In this document: one piece after another, positions 9,690 through 19,792 of the stretch
Layout: each line of letters opens with the position of its first letter
How positions within the stretch are numbered: position 1 is the stretch's first letter
From: an uncultured Methylophilaceae bacterium
Lineage (GTDB): Bacteria; Pseudomonadota; Gammaproteobacteria; Burkholderiales; Methylophilaceae
NCBI GenBank assembly: GCA_964398195.1
Contig: CAYNLW010000003.1
Location: forward strand, 4,020 to 68,019
DNA length: 64,000 nt
Direction of reading: 5' to 3'
Program-made: the position numbers and the translations under genes
The notes under the pieces: generated by a model
Database searches by the model: none
The model's input: only the letters and a program-made list of their open reading frames with translations
What the model was told of the DNA's origin: nothing

Positions 9690-11858
9690 TTGAAAAAAAT
9701 TCCTAGCGCATTAGACAAAATTCTGGCCGCCACTCAGCACGATCCATTCGCTTGCTTGGGCGCGCATCTGCAAGATGACGCTAGCACATTGGTGACTTGC
9801 TTTCAGCCTTATGCCGACAAGCTAGAAATTAAAATCAAACAGCGCTGGAAGGCTTTAGACAAGATACACCCCGCTGGGCTATTTACACTCTCCAGCAAAC
9901 AAGCGATTAGCAGCCCCTATCTATTGCGTGTCAGCCAAGGCGAGCATCAGTATCAAATCTATGATGCGTATAGCTTTGGCAGCAGTTTATCGGCTGAGGA
10001 TTTGTATCTATTTGCGCAAGGCCGACTGAATATGGCTTATCGCATGTTGGGCGCGCAAGTAATGCAACTACAAGGGGTGTCTGGTGTGCGATTTGCAGTG
10101 TGGGCGCCGAATGCCGAGCGGGTCAGCGTGATAGGTGACTTTAATCGTTGGGATGGGCGCGTGCATAGCATGCGAACGCATGGTAGTAGCGGCATATGGG
10201 AAATTTTTATCCCGCATTTATGCAGCGATGATTTATACAAATTTGAAATACGCAATCGCCATACTGGCCATGTGTTAGTCAAAACCGACCCCTATGGCTT
10301 TGCCTTTGAAGCCCGCCCAGGCACGGCCGCTAAAGTGGTTGATCTCAACCATTTTGCTTGGCAAGACCAAGACTGGCTTAAGCAGCGCCAGCAAGCCGAT
10401 TGGCTGCATACCCCAATGAACTGTTATGAATGCCATTTAGGTTCTTGGCATAAATCAGCGCAAGGCGAATTTCTCAATTTCGAGCAAATTGCTGACCAGT
10501 TGATTCCATACTTGCAACAAATGGGCTATACCCATCTCGAGTTAATGCCCATCTCTGAGCATCCGCTAACCGAGTCTTGGGGCTATCAAACCACTGGCTA
10601 TTACGCGGTGACCACACGCTATGGCACGCCTGCGCAATTTAAAAGCTTTATCAATCGCCTACATCAAGCCAATATCGGTGTGATTCTGGATTGGGTGCCC
10701 GGCCACTTCCCAAAAGATGATTGGGCCTTAGCGCGCTTTGATGGCACGGCTTTGTATGAACACGAAGACCCCAGATTAGGCGAACACCAAGATTGGGGCA
10801 CTTATATTTTTAATTACGGCCGCAATGAGGTGCGCAATTTTCTCTTGGCCAATGCCTATTTCTGGCTGTCTGAATACCATATCGACGGCCTGCGGGTGGA
10901 TGCGGTGGCGTCTATGTTGTATTTAGACTATTCGCGCAAACAAGGCGAATGGCTGCCTAATCAATATGGCGGTAGAGAAAATTTAGACGCCATCGAATTC
11001 TTAAAACAACTTAATTTAATGGTGCACGAGCACTTCCCCGGCAGCTTTACCATCGCCGAGGAGTCCACTTCTTGGCCTATGATTTCTAGACCAGTGTACG
11101 CTGGCGGCTTGGGCTTTTCTATGAAGTGGAATATGGGCTGGATGAATGACACACTGAGTTATATAGAAAATGACCCGGTGCACAGACAATATCACCACAA
11201 CAAACTGACTTTTGGCCAGCTATATGCCTACAGTGAGAATTTTTTCTTACCCTTCTCGCATGACGAAGTGGTACACGGCAAAAAATCTTTATTAGATAAA
11301 ATGCCTGGCGACGCATGGCAGCGCTTTGCCAATCTAAGATTGTTGCTATGCCATCAAATGTGCACCCCCGGCAAAAAGTTAAATTTTATGGGCAATGAAT
11401 TTGCCCAAGGCCGTGAATGGAACGTGAATAGCGCCTTAGATTGGTATCTGCTGGACAACCATTGGCACCAAGGGGTGCAAAAAGCGGTGCGTGATTTAAA
11501 TCATTTATATCTTGCCATTGCCGCACTGCATGAATTGGATTTTGAGGGGCAAGGCTTTGAATGGATAGATTGCAATGACGCTAGCCACTCTACCCTCAGC
11601 TATATCCGACGCGCACGCGACGGCAGTTTTGTATTAGTATTATTGAACTTCACGCCAGTGCCTAGACACCACCATCGCATCAATATTCCGGAAGCTGGCG
11701 AGTATGAAGAACTTTTTAACAGCGATAGCAACCAATATGGTGGTAGCAATTTAGGTAATGCAGGAAAAATTCATAGCGAACAAGTGGCATGGATGGGACC
11801 GCATCTGCATCTCACGCTGCCGCCTTTAGCAGGATTGATTCTACGAAAAATTGCATAA
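9690..11858 (+). CDS. glgB: 1,4-alpha-glucan branching enzyme (GH13)
   Basis: GH13 regions DWVPGHFP, GLRVDAVASMLY, IAEESTSWP and FSHDEVVHGK. The ORF is open from 9576, but the N-terminal alignment expected for GlgB (..HDPF..LG.H) favours the TTG at 9690 (MKKIPSALDKILAATQHDPF). The start is uncertain within 9576-9690. Confidence 0.9.
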   Translation: MKKIPSALDKILAATQHDPFACLGAHLQDDASTLVTCFQPYADKLEIKIKQRWKALDKIHPAGLFTLSSKQAISSPYLLRVSQGEHQYQIYDAYSFGSSLSAEDLYLFAQGRLNMAYRMLGAQVMQLQGVSGVRFAVWAPNAERVSVIGDFNRWDGRVHSMRTHGSSGIWEIFIPHLCSDDLYKFEIRNRHTGHVLVKTDPYGFAFEARPGTAAKVVDLNHFAWQDQDWLKQRQQADWLHTPMNCYECHLGSWHKSAQGEFLNFEQIADQLIPYLQQMGYTHLELMPISEHPLTESWGYQTTGYYAVTTRYGTPAQFKSFINRLHQANIGVILDWVPGHFPKDDWALARFDGTALYEHEDPRLGEHQDWGTYIFNYGRNEVRNFLLANAYFWLSEYHIDGLRVDAVASMLYLDYSRKQGEWLPNQYGGRENLDAIEFLKQLNLMVHEHFPGSFTIAEESTSWPMISRPVYAGGLGFSMKWNMGWMNDTLSYIENDPVHRQYHHNKLTFGQLYAYSENFFLPFSHDEVVHGKKSLLDKMPGDAWQRFANLRLLLCHQMCTPGKKLNFMGNEFAQGREWNVNSALDWYLLDNHWHQGVQKAVRDLNHLYLAIAALHELDFEGQGFEWIDCNDASHSTLSYIRRARDGSFVLVLLNFTPVPRHHHRINIPEAGEYEELFNSDSNQYGGSNLGNAGKIHSEQVAWMGPHLHLTLPPLAGLILRKIA

Positions 11859-11914
11859 GATTTATGTAACACTTTAACGATATAATTTCATATTCATCAA
11901 CAATAGAAACAAGT

Positions 11915-13573
11915 ATGACTAACCCTACACAAACGCCAGCATGGCAAGCCTTAGCCCAACACTACCAAGAAATTTCCCCTTTGCATATGCGCGATATGTT
12001 CGCAGAAGATATGCAACGCGCGGACAAATTCAGCCTGCAAGTAGATGACTTTTTGCTGGATTACTCCAAACAAAGAATCAATCAAACCACCTTAGATTTG
12101 CTGCTACAACTGGCTCAGCAATGCGATATCGAAGCTTGGCGTGAGCGCATGTTTAGCGGTGAGAAAATCAACTTTACTGAAAATCGCGCAGTGCTACATA
12201 CCGCTTTGCGTAACCGCAGCAATCAGCCAGTATTGGTCGATGGCAAAGATGTTATGCCGGAAGTGAATCGCGTATTACAAAAAATGCGTAGCTTTACTGA
12301 ACAAGTGCGTAGCGGCGCATGGAAGGGTTATAGCAATAAAGCCATCGATACCATCGTCAATATCGGCATAGGCGGTTCAGACCTAGGCCCTGTGATGGTC
12401 TGTCATGCTTTAAAGCCCTATGCCAGCCAACAGTTACAAGTGCATTTTGTATCCAATATTGATGGCACACATTTAGCGCAAACTTTGCAGCAATGTAATC
12501 CAGAAACCACGCTGTTTATCGTTGCCTCAAAAACCTTTACTACGCAAGAAACCATGACCAATGCGCGTTCAGCCAGAAGCTGGTTTTTACAACATGCACA
12601 AGATAGACAGCATATTGCCAAACACTTTGTCGCCCTCTCTACCAATGCGATGGCGGTAGAAGAATTTGGTATAGACCCGATCAATATGTTCGAGTTTTGG
12701 GACTGGGTAGGCGGTCGTTATTCCTTATGGTCGGCGATAGGTTTATCTATCGCGCTGTATATAGGTATGGATCATTTTGAACAGTTATTGTCTGGCGCAC
12801 ACGCTATGGACAAGCACTTTAAAGAAGCGCCATTAGCGCGCAATATGCCGGTGATCATGGCCATGTTGGGGATTTGGTATAACAATTTCTTTCATTGTGA
12901 AACCCACGCTATCTTGCCGTATGACCAAGGCTTATCCCGATTCCCTGCCTATTTGCAACAAGGCGATATGGAAAGCAATGGTAAGTTTGTCAATCGCAGT
13001 GGCCACCGCATTGAATACTCAACTGGTCCGATTATTTGGGGCGAGCCCGGTACCAATGGCCAACATGCGTTTTACCAATTAATACACCAAGGCAATAAGC
13101 TGATTCCTTGCGATTTTATTATTCCTATTCATAGCCAATATGCGGTTGGCGAGCAAGGCGATGAGCACCATAAGATTTTATTGGCCAATATGCTGGCGCA
13201 GACCAAGGCTTTGATGCAGGGCAAAACTTCTAAAGAAGCCAAAGCCGAATTAGAAACGCAAGGTTTAGACCATCATACGATTATGACTTTATTGCCGCAC
13301 CGCGTATTCGGCGGCAATCGCCCAACCAATACGCTTATCATGGATAAACTCGATCCATTTAGTCTAGGTAAATTAATCGCCTTGTATGAACACAAAATTT
13401 TTGTGCAAGGCATCGTGTGGAATATCAATTCCTTTGACCAATGGGGTGTGGAATACGGCAAACAGATTGCGCAAAAAATCCTGCCACAGTTGTCTAGCAA
13501 GCAAGAGATTAGCGACCACGACAGCTCTACCAATCAGTTGATTAATTATTTTAAGCAGCGCAAAGCTAAATAA
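11915..13573 (+). CDS. pgi: Glucose-6-phosphate isomerase
   Basis: GIGGSDLGP and SKTFTTQET motifs. 552 aa, typical PGI length. Confidence 0.95.
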   Translation: MTNPTQTPAWQALAQHYQEISPLHMRDMFAEDMQRADKFSLQVDDFLLDYSKQRINQTTLDLLLQLAQQCDIEAWRERMFSGEKINFTENRAVLHTALRNRSNQPVLVDGKDVMPEVNRVLQKMRSFTEQVRSGAWKGYSNKAIDTIVNIGIGGSDLGPVMVCHALKPYASQQLQVHFVSNIDGTHLAQTLQQCNPETTLFIVASKTFTTQETMTNARSARSWFLQHAQDRQHIAKHFVALSTNAMAVEEFGIDPINMFEFWDWVGGRYSLWSAIGLSIALYIGMDHFEQLLSGAHAMDKHFKEAPLARNMPVIMAMLGIWYNNFFHCETHAILPYDQGLSRFPAYLQQGDMESNGKFVNRSGHRIEYSTGPIIWGEPGTNGQHAFYQLIHQGNKLIPCDFIIPIHSQYAVGEQGDEHHKILLANMLAQTKALMQGKTSKEAKAELETQGLDHHTIMTLLPHRVFGGNRPTNTLIMDKLDPFSLGKLIALYEHKIFVQGIVWNINSFDQWGVEYGKQIAQKILPQLSSKQEISDHDSSTNQLINYFKQRKAK

Positions 13574-13591
13574 GCTGTTCCATACACTAAT

Positions 13592-13630
13592 AAAAAAGCC
13601 GAGCGATGAAACATCTGCTCGGCTTTTTTA
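13592..13630. terminator. Bidirectional rho-independent terminator between convergent pgi and sppA
   Basis: AAAAAAGCCGAGC - 12-nt loop - GCTCGGCTTTTTT. An 8-bp GC-rich stem is flanked by an A-run and a T-run. Confidence 0.6.
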
Positions 13631-13682
13631 ATGCTTGTGTGATTGAATGCTGCTAACTTGTTTTACCCTTGCACTGGGTGCA

Positions 13683-14624
13683 TTAACGCATTTGGAAAGA
13701 ATTCACTAAAGTTTGCGTCATGGAAGCACCCAACTTTTTCGCCAAACGATTGGCGAAATCGTCTTTGCTGGTGAAATCGACGATATTTTCTTCTTTGATC
13801 ACTTCTCTAGCGACATAATCCGCACTGCCTAAACCATCAGCCAAACCAAGTTGCACGCTGCGCTCGCCGTTCCAGAATAAGCCAGTAAAAATATCTGGGT
13901 CATCTTGTAAACGATTGCCACGTCCCTCTTTCACCACTTGAATAAACTGCTGATGCACTTCGTCTAAGACATTTTGCATATATTGTTTATGCTTGGGATT
14001 TACTGGTGAGAACGCGTCTAACATGGCTTTGTTTTCGCCGGCAGTCATTAAGCGCCGCTCCACGCCTAGTTTTTGCATTGCGCCAGTAAAGCCAAAGCCA
14101 TCCATCAACACCCCTATAGAGCCGACGATGCTAGCTTTATCAACATAAATTTTGTCGCTTGCCACAGCGATGTAATAACCGCCAGAAGCACAAATATCTT
14201 CTACTACGGTATATACCGGAATCTTTGGATGCAATTTCTTTTGCCTACGAATTTCATCATTGATAATGCCGGCCTGCACTGGACTGCCGCCGGGACTATT
14301 GATGCGCAAAATAATGCCTTTGGTATAGTGGCTGTCATAGGCTTCGCGCAGACTGGCGATCACATCATCTGCAGTCACTTCATCGGCAGCCCCTATCACC
14401 CCTTGTATATCAATTAATGCGGTGTGATTACTATTGCTGCGCATCTTGCTATCACCTACCCAGTCGAATAAATAGAACAGCAATAAGAACAAATAAATAA
14501 AAGTCAGGATTCTAAATACATTGCGCCAAAAACGATTCTTTTGCTGTTCAAGCAAACTAGACTTGAGCAGATGATGCAAAGCGTCTTTTTCTAGGTGTTC
14601 AGATTCTTGTTCACGTGTAGTCAT
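13683..14624 (-). CDS. sppA: Signal peptide peptidase SppA, 36K type (peptidase S49)
   Basis: N-terminal TM segment, then S49 motifs INSPGGSPVQAG and ICASGGYYIA. Confidence 0.85.
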   Translation of the reverse strand: MTTREQESEHLEKDALHHLLKSSLLEQQKNRFWRNVFRILTFIYLFLLLFYLFDWVGDSKMRSNSNHTALIDIQGVIGAADEVTADDVIASLREAYDSHYTKGIILRINSPGGSPVQAGIINDEIRRQKKLHPKIPVYTVVEDICASGGYYIAVASDKIYVDKASIVGSIGVLMDGFGFTGAMQKLGVERRLMTAGENKAMLDAFSPVNPKHKQYMQNVLDEVHQQFIQVVKEGRGNRLQDDPDIFTGLFWNGERSVQLGLADGLGSADYVAREVIKEENIVDFTSKDDFANRLAKKLGASMTQTLVNSFQMR

Positions 14625-14671
14625 GTAGGTTCACCAATAGTTTTAATTAACAAGTTTTTAAAATGTTTAGA

Positions 14672-15031
14672 TTAGATTTTAATAAAGATTTTTTGATCGT
14701 TCTCAATCAGCGATAGTTTCCTCAGATATTTTCCAGCACAAGGACCATCAACACAATAGCCTGTATCAGGCATATATAAAGCGCCGTGCGTTGCACAAAT
14801 TAAAAATACCGCTTGCTTATCAAAAAATTGTCCGTGGTTCCAATCTAGTTCCACAGGCAGATGCTGGCATTGATTGACATAAGCATGTGCTTGACCTTGA
14901 TAGCGTACGACAAAACAGGGCAAGCGCTGACCGTCTTCCTGCTGAATTTCAAAACGGATGCCAGCGCCACCGTCCTGCAGTTGATGGCTGTCACAAATGT
15001 GTATCAGTTGCTCAGCACTAGACATGGACAT
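14672..15031 (-). CDS. Small Rieske (2Fe-2S) domain protein
   Basis: CQH...(x)...CATHGALY, which is the Rieske C-x-H / C-x-x-H ligand pattern. 119 aa. The start overlaps the upstream HAD gene stop. Confidence 0.75.
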   Translation of the reverse strand: MSMSSAEQLIHICDSHQLQDGGAGIRFEIQQEDGQRLPCFVVRYQGQAHAYVNQCQHLPVELDWNHGQFFDKQAVFLICATHGALYMPDTGYCVDGPCAGKYLRKLSLIENDQKIFIKI

Positions 15032-15683
15032 TAAACCATTGCACTAATTCAGAAAAATCATCAAAACAGGCCATAGGCTGATGTTCTAACAAACGTTGTT
15101 TGGGATGCGCGCCAAAAGTAACCGCCAAACTTTTTACCCCAGCATTGCTAGCCATTTGCAAATCAAAGCTAGTATCGCCCACCATCAAGGTGCGCTCTGG
15201 GGTGGTCATACATTCACTTATCATCTGCTGCAACATTTGTGGATGCGGTTTGGAAAAACATTCATCTACCGTTCTAGTGGCAAAAAAATGCTGCCCTACG
15301 CCACTTCTTTGCAAAGCGCGGTTTAATCCAGCACGACCTTTTCCGGTGGCCACCCCCAAGGCAATATTTCTCTCTACCAGTTGTTGGATCAGTTGTTGCG
15401 CGCCATCAAACAGCGGAATGTCATGCTCGCCAGCGCCGTAATACAAGGTGTAACGGGCAGTGATATCGTGCAATAAGGAATCAGGAATCTGACCGAATAA
15501 TTCATACACCGCCTCACGAAAACCCAGTCCGATAATGCTGCTGGCAGCTTGCTGGCTAGGCTTGGGCAAGCCAACATCAAGGCTGGCTTGGCAGATGGCA
15601 TCTACGATTAATTGCGTAGAGTTGGCTAATGTGCCGTCCCAATCGAATACGATTAGGTCATATCTAGCTTGCGTTTGCTTCAT
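15018..15683 (-). CDS. HAD-superfamily hydrolase (phosphoglycolate phosphatase-like)
   Basis: DLIVFDWDGTL (DxDGT motif I) and VGDTSFD (motif IV-like). The start is either ATG 15683 or GTG 15692. Both overlap the rluC stop. Confidence 0.8.
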   Translation of the reverse strand: MKQTQARYDLIVFDWDGTLANSTQLIVDAICQASLDVGLPKPSQQAASSIIGLGFREAVYELFGQIPDSLLHDITARYTLYYGAGEHDIPLFDGAQQLIQQLVERNIALGVATGKGRAGLNRALQRSGVGQHFFATRTVDECFSKPHPQMLQQMISECMTTPERTLMVGDTSFDLQMASNAGVKSLAVTFGAHPKQRLLEHQPMACFDDFSELVQWFNVHV

Positions 15684-16746
15684 TGTGAACACTAATGCTT
15701 TCTAAAAAACGATTTAATTCTGCTGGTAATTCAGCGACTAATTCCAGCGTTTGCTTGGAGACAGGGTGTTGAATGATGGTTCGGTAGGAATGCAAAAACA
15801 TACGCTTTAAACCTTGTTTTTGTAAGCGTTTATTCAATTCAAAATTGCCATACTTTTCATCGCCCAAAATAGCAAACCCTAGATGAGCCAATTGCACGCG
15901 CAACTGATGGGTGCGACCAGTTATCAGATGGGCTTCTAATAAGCTATATTCAGCAAACTTTTGTTTTAGATAAAACACTGTTTCAGAATGTTGAATATCC
16001 GGCGCCTGATGGCTGGCATGTGATGCTCTAGTAGCGGCTTTTAGCGCATTGTTTTTTACCACAGTCACTTTGCGCTCGCCGTTGGCCAAGCTATGTTTTT
16101 GCAAATCTAAACGCACGCGCTGCTGGGCATTTTTCCATTGCCCCTGCACCAATACCAAATAACGTTTATCGGTTTGATGCTGGCGTATAGCCTCTTGCAA
16201 TTGCACTAATGCGGCACGTTTTTTTGCCAACATTAATACCCCAGAAGTTTCTTTATCTAGCCTATGGACTAGCTCTAAAAATTTGGCTTGTGGTCGCTCG
16301 GCACGAAATTGCTCAATAATGCCACGGCTTACACCACTGCCGCCATGCACGGCAATACCGGCGGGTTTGTTAATTACTAACAAAGCCTCATCTTCAAAGA
16401 TAATATAAGGCTGCAACATCGGTTTGCTGGAGGTTTGCATGGGCGCAGATTTGGCCAATGTTTTAATCGGCGGGATACGCACCGCATCGCCTAATTGCAA
16501 TTTATAAGAGGCATCTATGCGTTTTTTATTGACCCGCACTTCGCCACTGCGCAAGATTCGATACAAATGACTTTTGGGCACATCTTTGTAATGCTTGGCT
16601 AAAAAGTTATCGATTCTCTGCTGCTCGCTGCGCTCATCTATGATCACAATCTCAACCTTTTGCTTAGGCTGTATATGCATTGTTTTGCTTAAATTCGTCA
16701 TCTCGCCTATACTACCCACTTCTGTATTGGATTGCACTTTATGCAT
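15664..16746 (-). CDS. rluC: 23S rRNA pseudouridine synthase, RluC type (S4 domain plus RluA-family catalytic domain)
   Basis: S4-like RIDNFLAKHYKDVPKSHLYRILRSGEVRVNKKRI and catalytic HRLDKETSGVLMLAK. It lies divergent to rne, as in E. coli. The start is uncertain (ATG at 16746, 16701 or 16680). Confidence 0.85.
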   Translation of the reverse strand: MHKVQSNTEVGSIGEMTNLSKTMHIQPKQKVEIVIIDERSEQQRIDNFLAKHYKDVPKSHLYRILRSGEVRVNKKRIDASYKLQLGDAVRIPPIKTLAKSAPMQTSSKPMLQPYIIFEDEALLVINKPAGIAVHGGSGVSRGIIEQFRAERPQAKFLELVHRLDKETSGVLMLAKKRAALVQLQEAIRQHQTDKRYLVLVQGQWKNAQQRVRLDLQKHSLANGERKVTVVKNNALKAATRASHASHQAPDIQHSETVFYLKQKFAEYSLLEAHLITGRTHQLRVQLAHLGFAILGDEKYGNFELNKRLQKQGLKRMFLHSYRTIIQHPVSKQTLELVAELPAELNRFLESISVHNEANAS

Positions 16747-17080
16747 CCTCAGAAATTTTAGAATTAATGTATAAAATCAAAAGGTTGGTTAATTTCGCTC
16801 GCCAACTAAAATTAAGTAGCGACTGGTAAATATTATTTGCGCTCATACTGGACGAATTCGATGATTACCCTAAGGGCTCGAGTTCAAGTGTAAGGTCCGT
16901 AGGCAACGACTTGGATTTTAGCTGATTTCATCAGCTAAATATTTAATAAATAGATTTTTATTAAACGGTTTTTACAAAGGCAAGCACTAGGCACAAGCAA
17001 TGGGCTTAAACATTAAGCCATTAATTTGATGTATTCCTACCGCCACCTACCCTGAATGAATGAGCGCAGGGAGCAAATCA
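16747..17080 (+). promoter_or_regulatory. rne promoter region and long structured 5' leader
   Basis: A 334-bp gap precedes rne. It contains a perfect 8-bp hairpin TAGCTGAT-TTC-ATCAGCTA (16919-16937) and a second hairpin AATGG(G)CTTAA-ACA-TTAAGCCATT (16999-17022). E. coli rne is known to have a long autoregulatory hairpin-containing leader. Homology to it was not established here. Confidence 0.45.
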
Positions 17081-19648
17081 ATGAAAAGAATGTTATTTAA
17101 TGCAACGCAATCGGAAGAATTGCGCGTTGCCATTGTCGATGGTCAAAAATTAATTGATCTCGATATCGAATCCGCTGGTCGTGAACAGCGCAAAAGCAAT
17201 ATCTATAAGGGCGTCATCACCCGCATAGAACCCTCACTAGAAGCAGCCTTTGTCAATTACGGTACCGATAGACATGGTTTTTTACCATTTAAAGAAATCG
17301 CCCGAAATTACTTAGCCAATGATGGTGAAGGCGGTAAAGGTCGCATTCAAGACCAAATCAAGGAAGGCCTAGAACTGATTGTTCAAGTGGATAAAGATGA
17401 GCGCGGTAACAAAGGCGCGGCTTTAACCACGCTTATCTCTCTGGCTGGTCGTTATCTAGTATTAATGCCTAACAACCCTCGCGGTGGTGGTGTATCGCGC
17501 CGTATTGAAGGCGAAGATAGAAATGAATTGCGCGACACCATGGCGCAACTGGAACTCCCCGCTGGCATGAGCATTATCGCTAGAACCGCAGGCATAGGCA
17601 GAACTGTTGAAGAACTACAGTGGGATTTAAATTACTTGATTCAATTGTGGACTGCTGTTGAAAACGCCTCCACCATACAAGAAGGTCCTTTCTTGATTTA
17701 TCAAGAAGGCAGTCTGGTAATACGCGCTATCCGTGATTATTTCCAGCCTGATATTGGTGAAATTTTGATTGATACGCCTGATATTTATGAGCAGGCCGTT
17801 CAATTTATGAACCATGTAATGCCTAACAATGTGGCCAAGGTCAAGCTGTATCAAGATGCCACTCCATTGTTCTCGCGCTTTCAAATCGAACATCAAATCG
17901 AAACTGCGTTTGCACGTGAAGTGCGTCTGCCCTCTGGTGGCGCTATCGTGATAGACCACACCGAAGCCTTGGTTTCCATTGACGTCAACTCAGGCAGAGC
18001 CACCAAGGGTAGCGATATCGAGAATACCGCGTTCAATACCAACTTAGAGGCGGCGGAAGAAGTCGCAAGACAATTGCGCTTGCGTGATATCGGCGGCTTA
18101 ATCGTGATTGACTTTATCGATATGGAAAATCAACGCAATCAGCGTGACGTAGAAAACCGCTTACGCGATGCGCTGCATTACGATAGAGCAAGAGTACAAA
18201 CTGGCAAGATTTCTCGCTTTGGTTTATTAGAATTATCACGCCAACGTTTGCGCCCAAGTTTAGGTGAAGGCAACCACATCCCTTGCCCACGTTGTCATGG
18301 TATCGGTCATATTCGTGGTATTGAATCTACTGGCTTGCATATCTTGCGTATCACGCAAGAAGAAGCCATGAAAGAAAATAGCAAGGCGATACAAGTGCAG
18401 TTGCCAGTTGAAGTTGCTACTTTCTTATTGAATGAGAAACGTGCAGATATTCATAAAATTGAGCAACGTACCAGTGTTGAAATCATTCTAATTCCGAATA
18501 TTCATCTAGAAACGCCAAATTACTCCATCGTGAGAATCAAAGCTGATGATAGTCGTGATGATGGTCCAAGAAGTTATCAGTTGGTAGAAATGCCATCTGA
18601 AGACGAGCTATCTACTACCCCGCAAGAAGGTCCAGTGGAAAAAATGCAAGCGGCCGTGCGTGGCATTACCCCGGTCGCACCTGCGCCTGTGGTCGATGTT
18701 AGCAAGCCTGGTTTATTCAGCATGTTAAAGAAAGTATTCAGCGGACTTATCCCTAGCAAGTCAGAAGAATCATCAGACAAAGCAGATCGCAATGGTCAGC
18801 GTCGCGATAGAAATCGTCGCACACGTGGCGGTCGCAATCGTGGTGATAGAGCGCGTTTTGAAGGTAATCCATTAACTGATAAACGCCCTAATCCAGCGCA
18901 ACGCACAGAACAAAGCAATGTTGAAGCTAACCCTAGGGTCAATCCTAGCGTATTGGAATCTGATGCTAGCGGAGCAAATGACAACCGTGAATCTCGTGAG
19001 TCACGTAATAGTCGCCGCAATCGAAATCGTCGCGATCGCAATCGAGGCAACCGCAACAATGAAAACCAAGAGAAACAATTTATCCCGAATAGTGAATTGG
19101 AAATCATGGCGGTTAATACTGAGTCCAGCGTAAAGCCATCAGACAGCGTAAAACCTTCAGATAGCAAAGCTGACAATATCAAGCCTGTGAATAGCAATGC
19201 TGAGTCAGTCATTGCGCCTGTGGCAAATGCTGACGCAGCTAAAGCCAAGCCAGCCAAGGGCAATAATAGAGCGGCTAATAATCGTTCCAATAAAGCCAAG
19301 CAAGATAAAGCGGAAAATGTAGCGAGCAGCGTTGAATTGGTAGAAACCACAGCCAATACAGCGCCGCAGACCACTGTAGTCGCTGAAGACAAAGCAGCTA
19401 AGAAAAAGGCTAAACCAGCAGCGCGCAAGCCGAGCAAAGCAGGCAAGGCGGACAAGACAAGTGAAGCCAGTATTCAGTTGGTAGAAACTAAGTCAGCCAG
19501 CGTGCCAGAAGTTGCTAGTAGCGCGGTTGACGGCAATAAAAATGACAGCAATAAAAAAGCCAAAAAGCCAGCGGCTTGGCAGAAGAAGTCAAATCAAGCG
19601 CCTGCCGATGAACCACTGACTATCGTGCAAACAAAAACTGGGGAATAA
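17081..19648 (+). CDS. rne: Ribonuclease E
   Basis: MKRMLFNATQSEELRVAIVDGQKL matches the canonical RNase E N-terminus. The Zn-link CPRCHGIGHIRG is present, and the C-terminal half is Arg-rich and low-complexity. Start at ATG 17081, preceded by AGGGAG. The ORF track start at 17060 is rejected. Confidence 0.93.
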   Translation: MKRMLFNATQSEELRVAIVDGQKLIDLDIESAGREQRKSNIYKGVITRIEPSLEAAFVNYGTDRHGFLPFKEIARNYLANDGEGGKGRIQDQIKEGLELIVQVDKDERGNKGAALTTLISLAGRYLVLMPNNPRGGGVSRRIEGEDRNELRDTMAQLELPAGMSIIARTAGIGRTVEELQWDLNYLIQLWTAVENASTIQEGPFLIYQEGSLVIRAIRDYFQPDIGEILIDTPDIYEQAVQFMNHVMPNNVAKVKLYQDATPLFSRFQIEHQIETAFAREVRLPSGGAIVIDHTEALVSIDVNSGRATKGSDIENTAFNTNLEAAEEVARQLRLRDIGGLIVIDFIDMENQRNQRDVENRLRDALHYDRARVQTGKISRFGLLELSRQRLRPSLGEGNHIPCPRCHGIGHIRGIESTGLHILRITQEEAMKENSKAIQVQLPVEVATFLLNEKRADIHKIEQRTSVEIILIPNIHLETPNYSIVRIKADDSRDDGPRSYQLVEMPSEDELSTTPQEGPVEKMQAAVRGITPVAPAPVVDVSKPGLFSMLKKVFSGLIPSKSEESSDKADRNGQRRDRNRRTRGGRNRGDRARFEGNPLTDKRPNPAQRTEQSNVEANPRVNPSVLESDASGANDNRESRESRNSRRNRNRRDRNRGNRNNENQEKQFIPNSELEIMAVNTESSVKPSDSVKPSDSKADNIKPVNSNAESVIAPVANADAAKAKPAKGNNRAANNRSNKAKQDKAENVASSVELVETTANTAPQTTVVAEDKAAKKKAKPAARKPSKAGKADKTSEASIQLVETKSASVPEVASSAVDGNKNDSNKKAKKPAAWQKKSNQAPADEPLTIVQTKTGE

Positions 19649-19700
19649 GCTAGTCCCATTGCAATATTCCTAATTGGAATACTCAAAGTGCGATAAATAG

Positions 19701-19736
19701 AAAAGCCTTGCTGTTAACCCAGCAAGGCTTTTTTTA
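19701..19736. terminator. Bidirectional rho-independent terminator between convergent rne and uvrB
   Basis: AAAAGCCTTGCTG - loop - CAGCAAGGCTTTTTTT. A 9-bp stem is flanked by an A-run and a T-run. Confidence 0.6.
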
Positions 19737-19792
19737 GATTGATTTAATGGTATTGATTGATTGGGATTGATGCGATAAAGCAATTGAGTACA

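Noticed and set aside
18796-19455. 219-aa ORF antisense to the rne 3' half
   Set aside because: It mirrors the repetitive Arg/Asn/Ala-rich C-terminal region of RNase E. The Leu/Ala/Ser-rich translation is an artefact of that composition.
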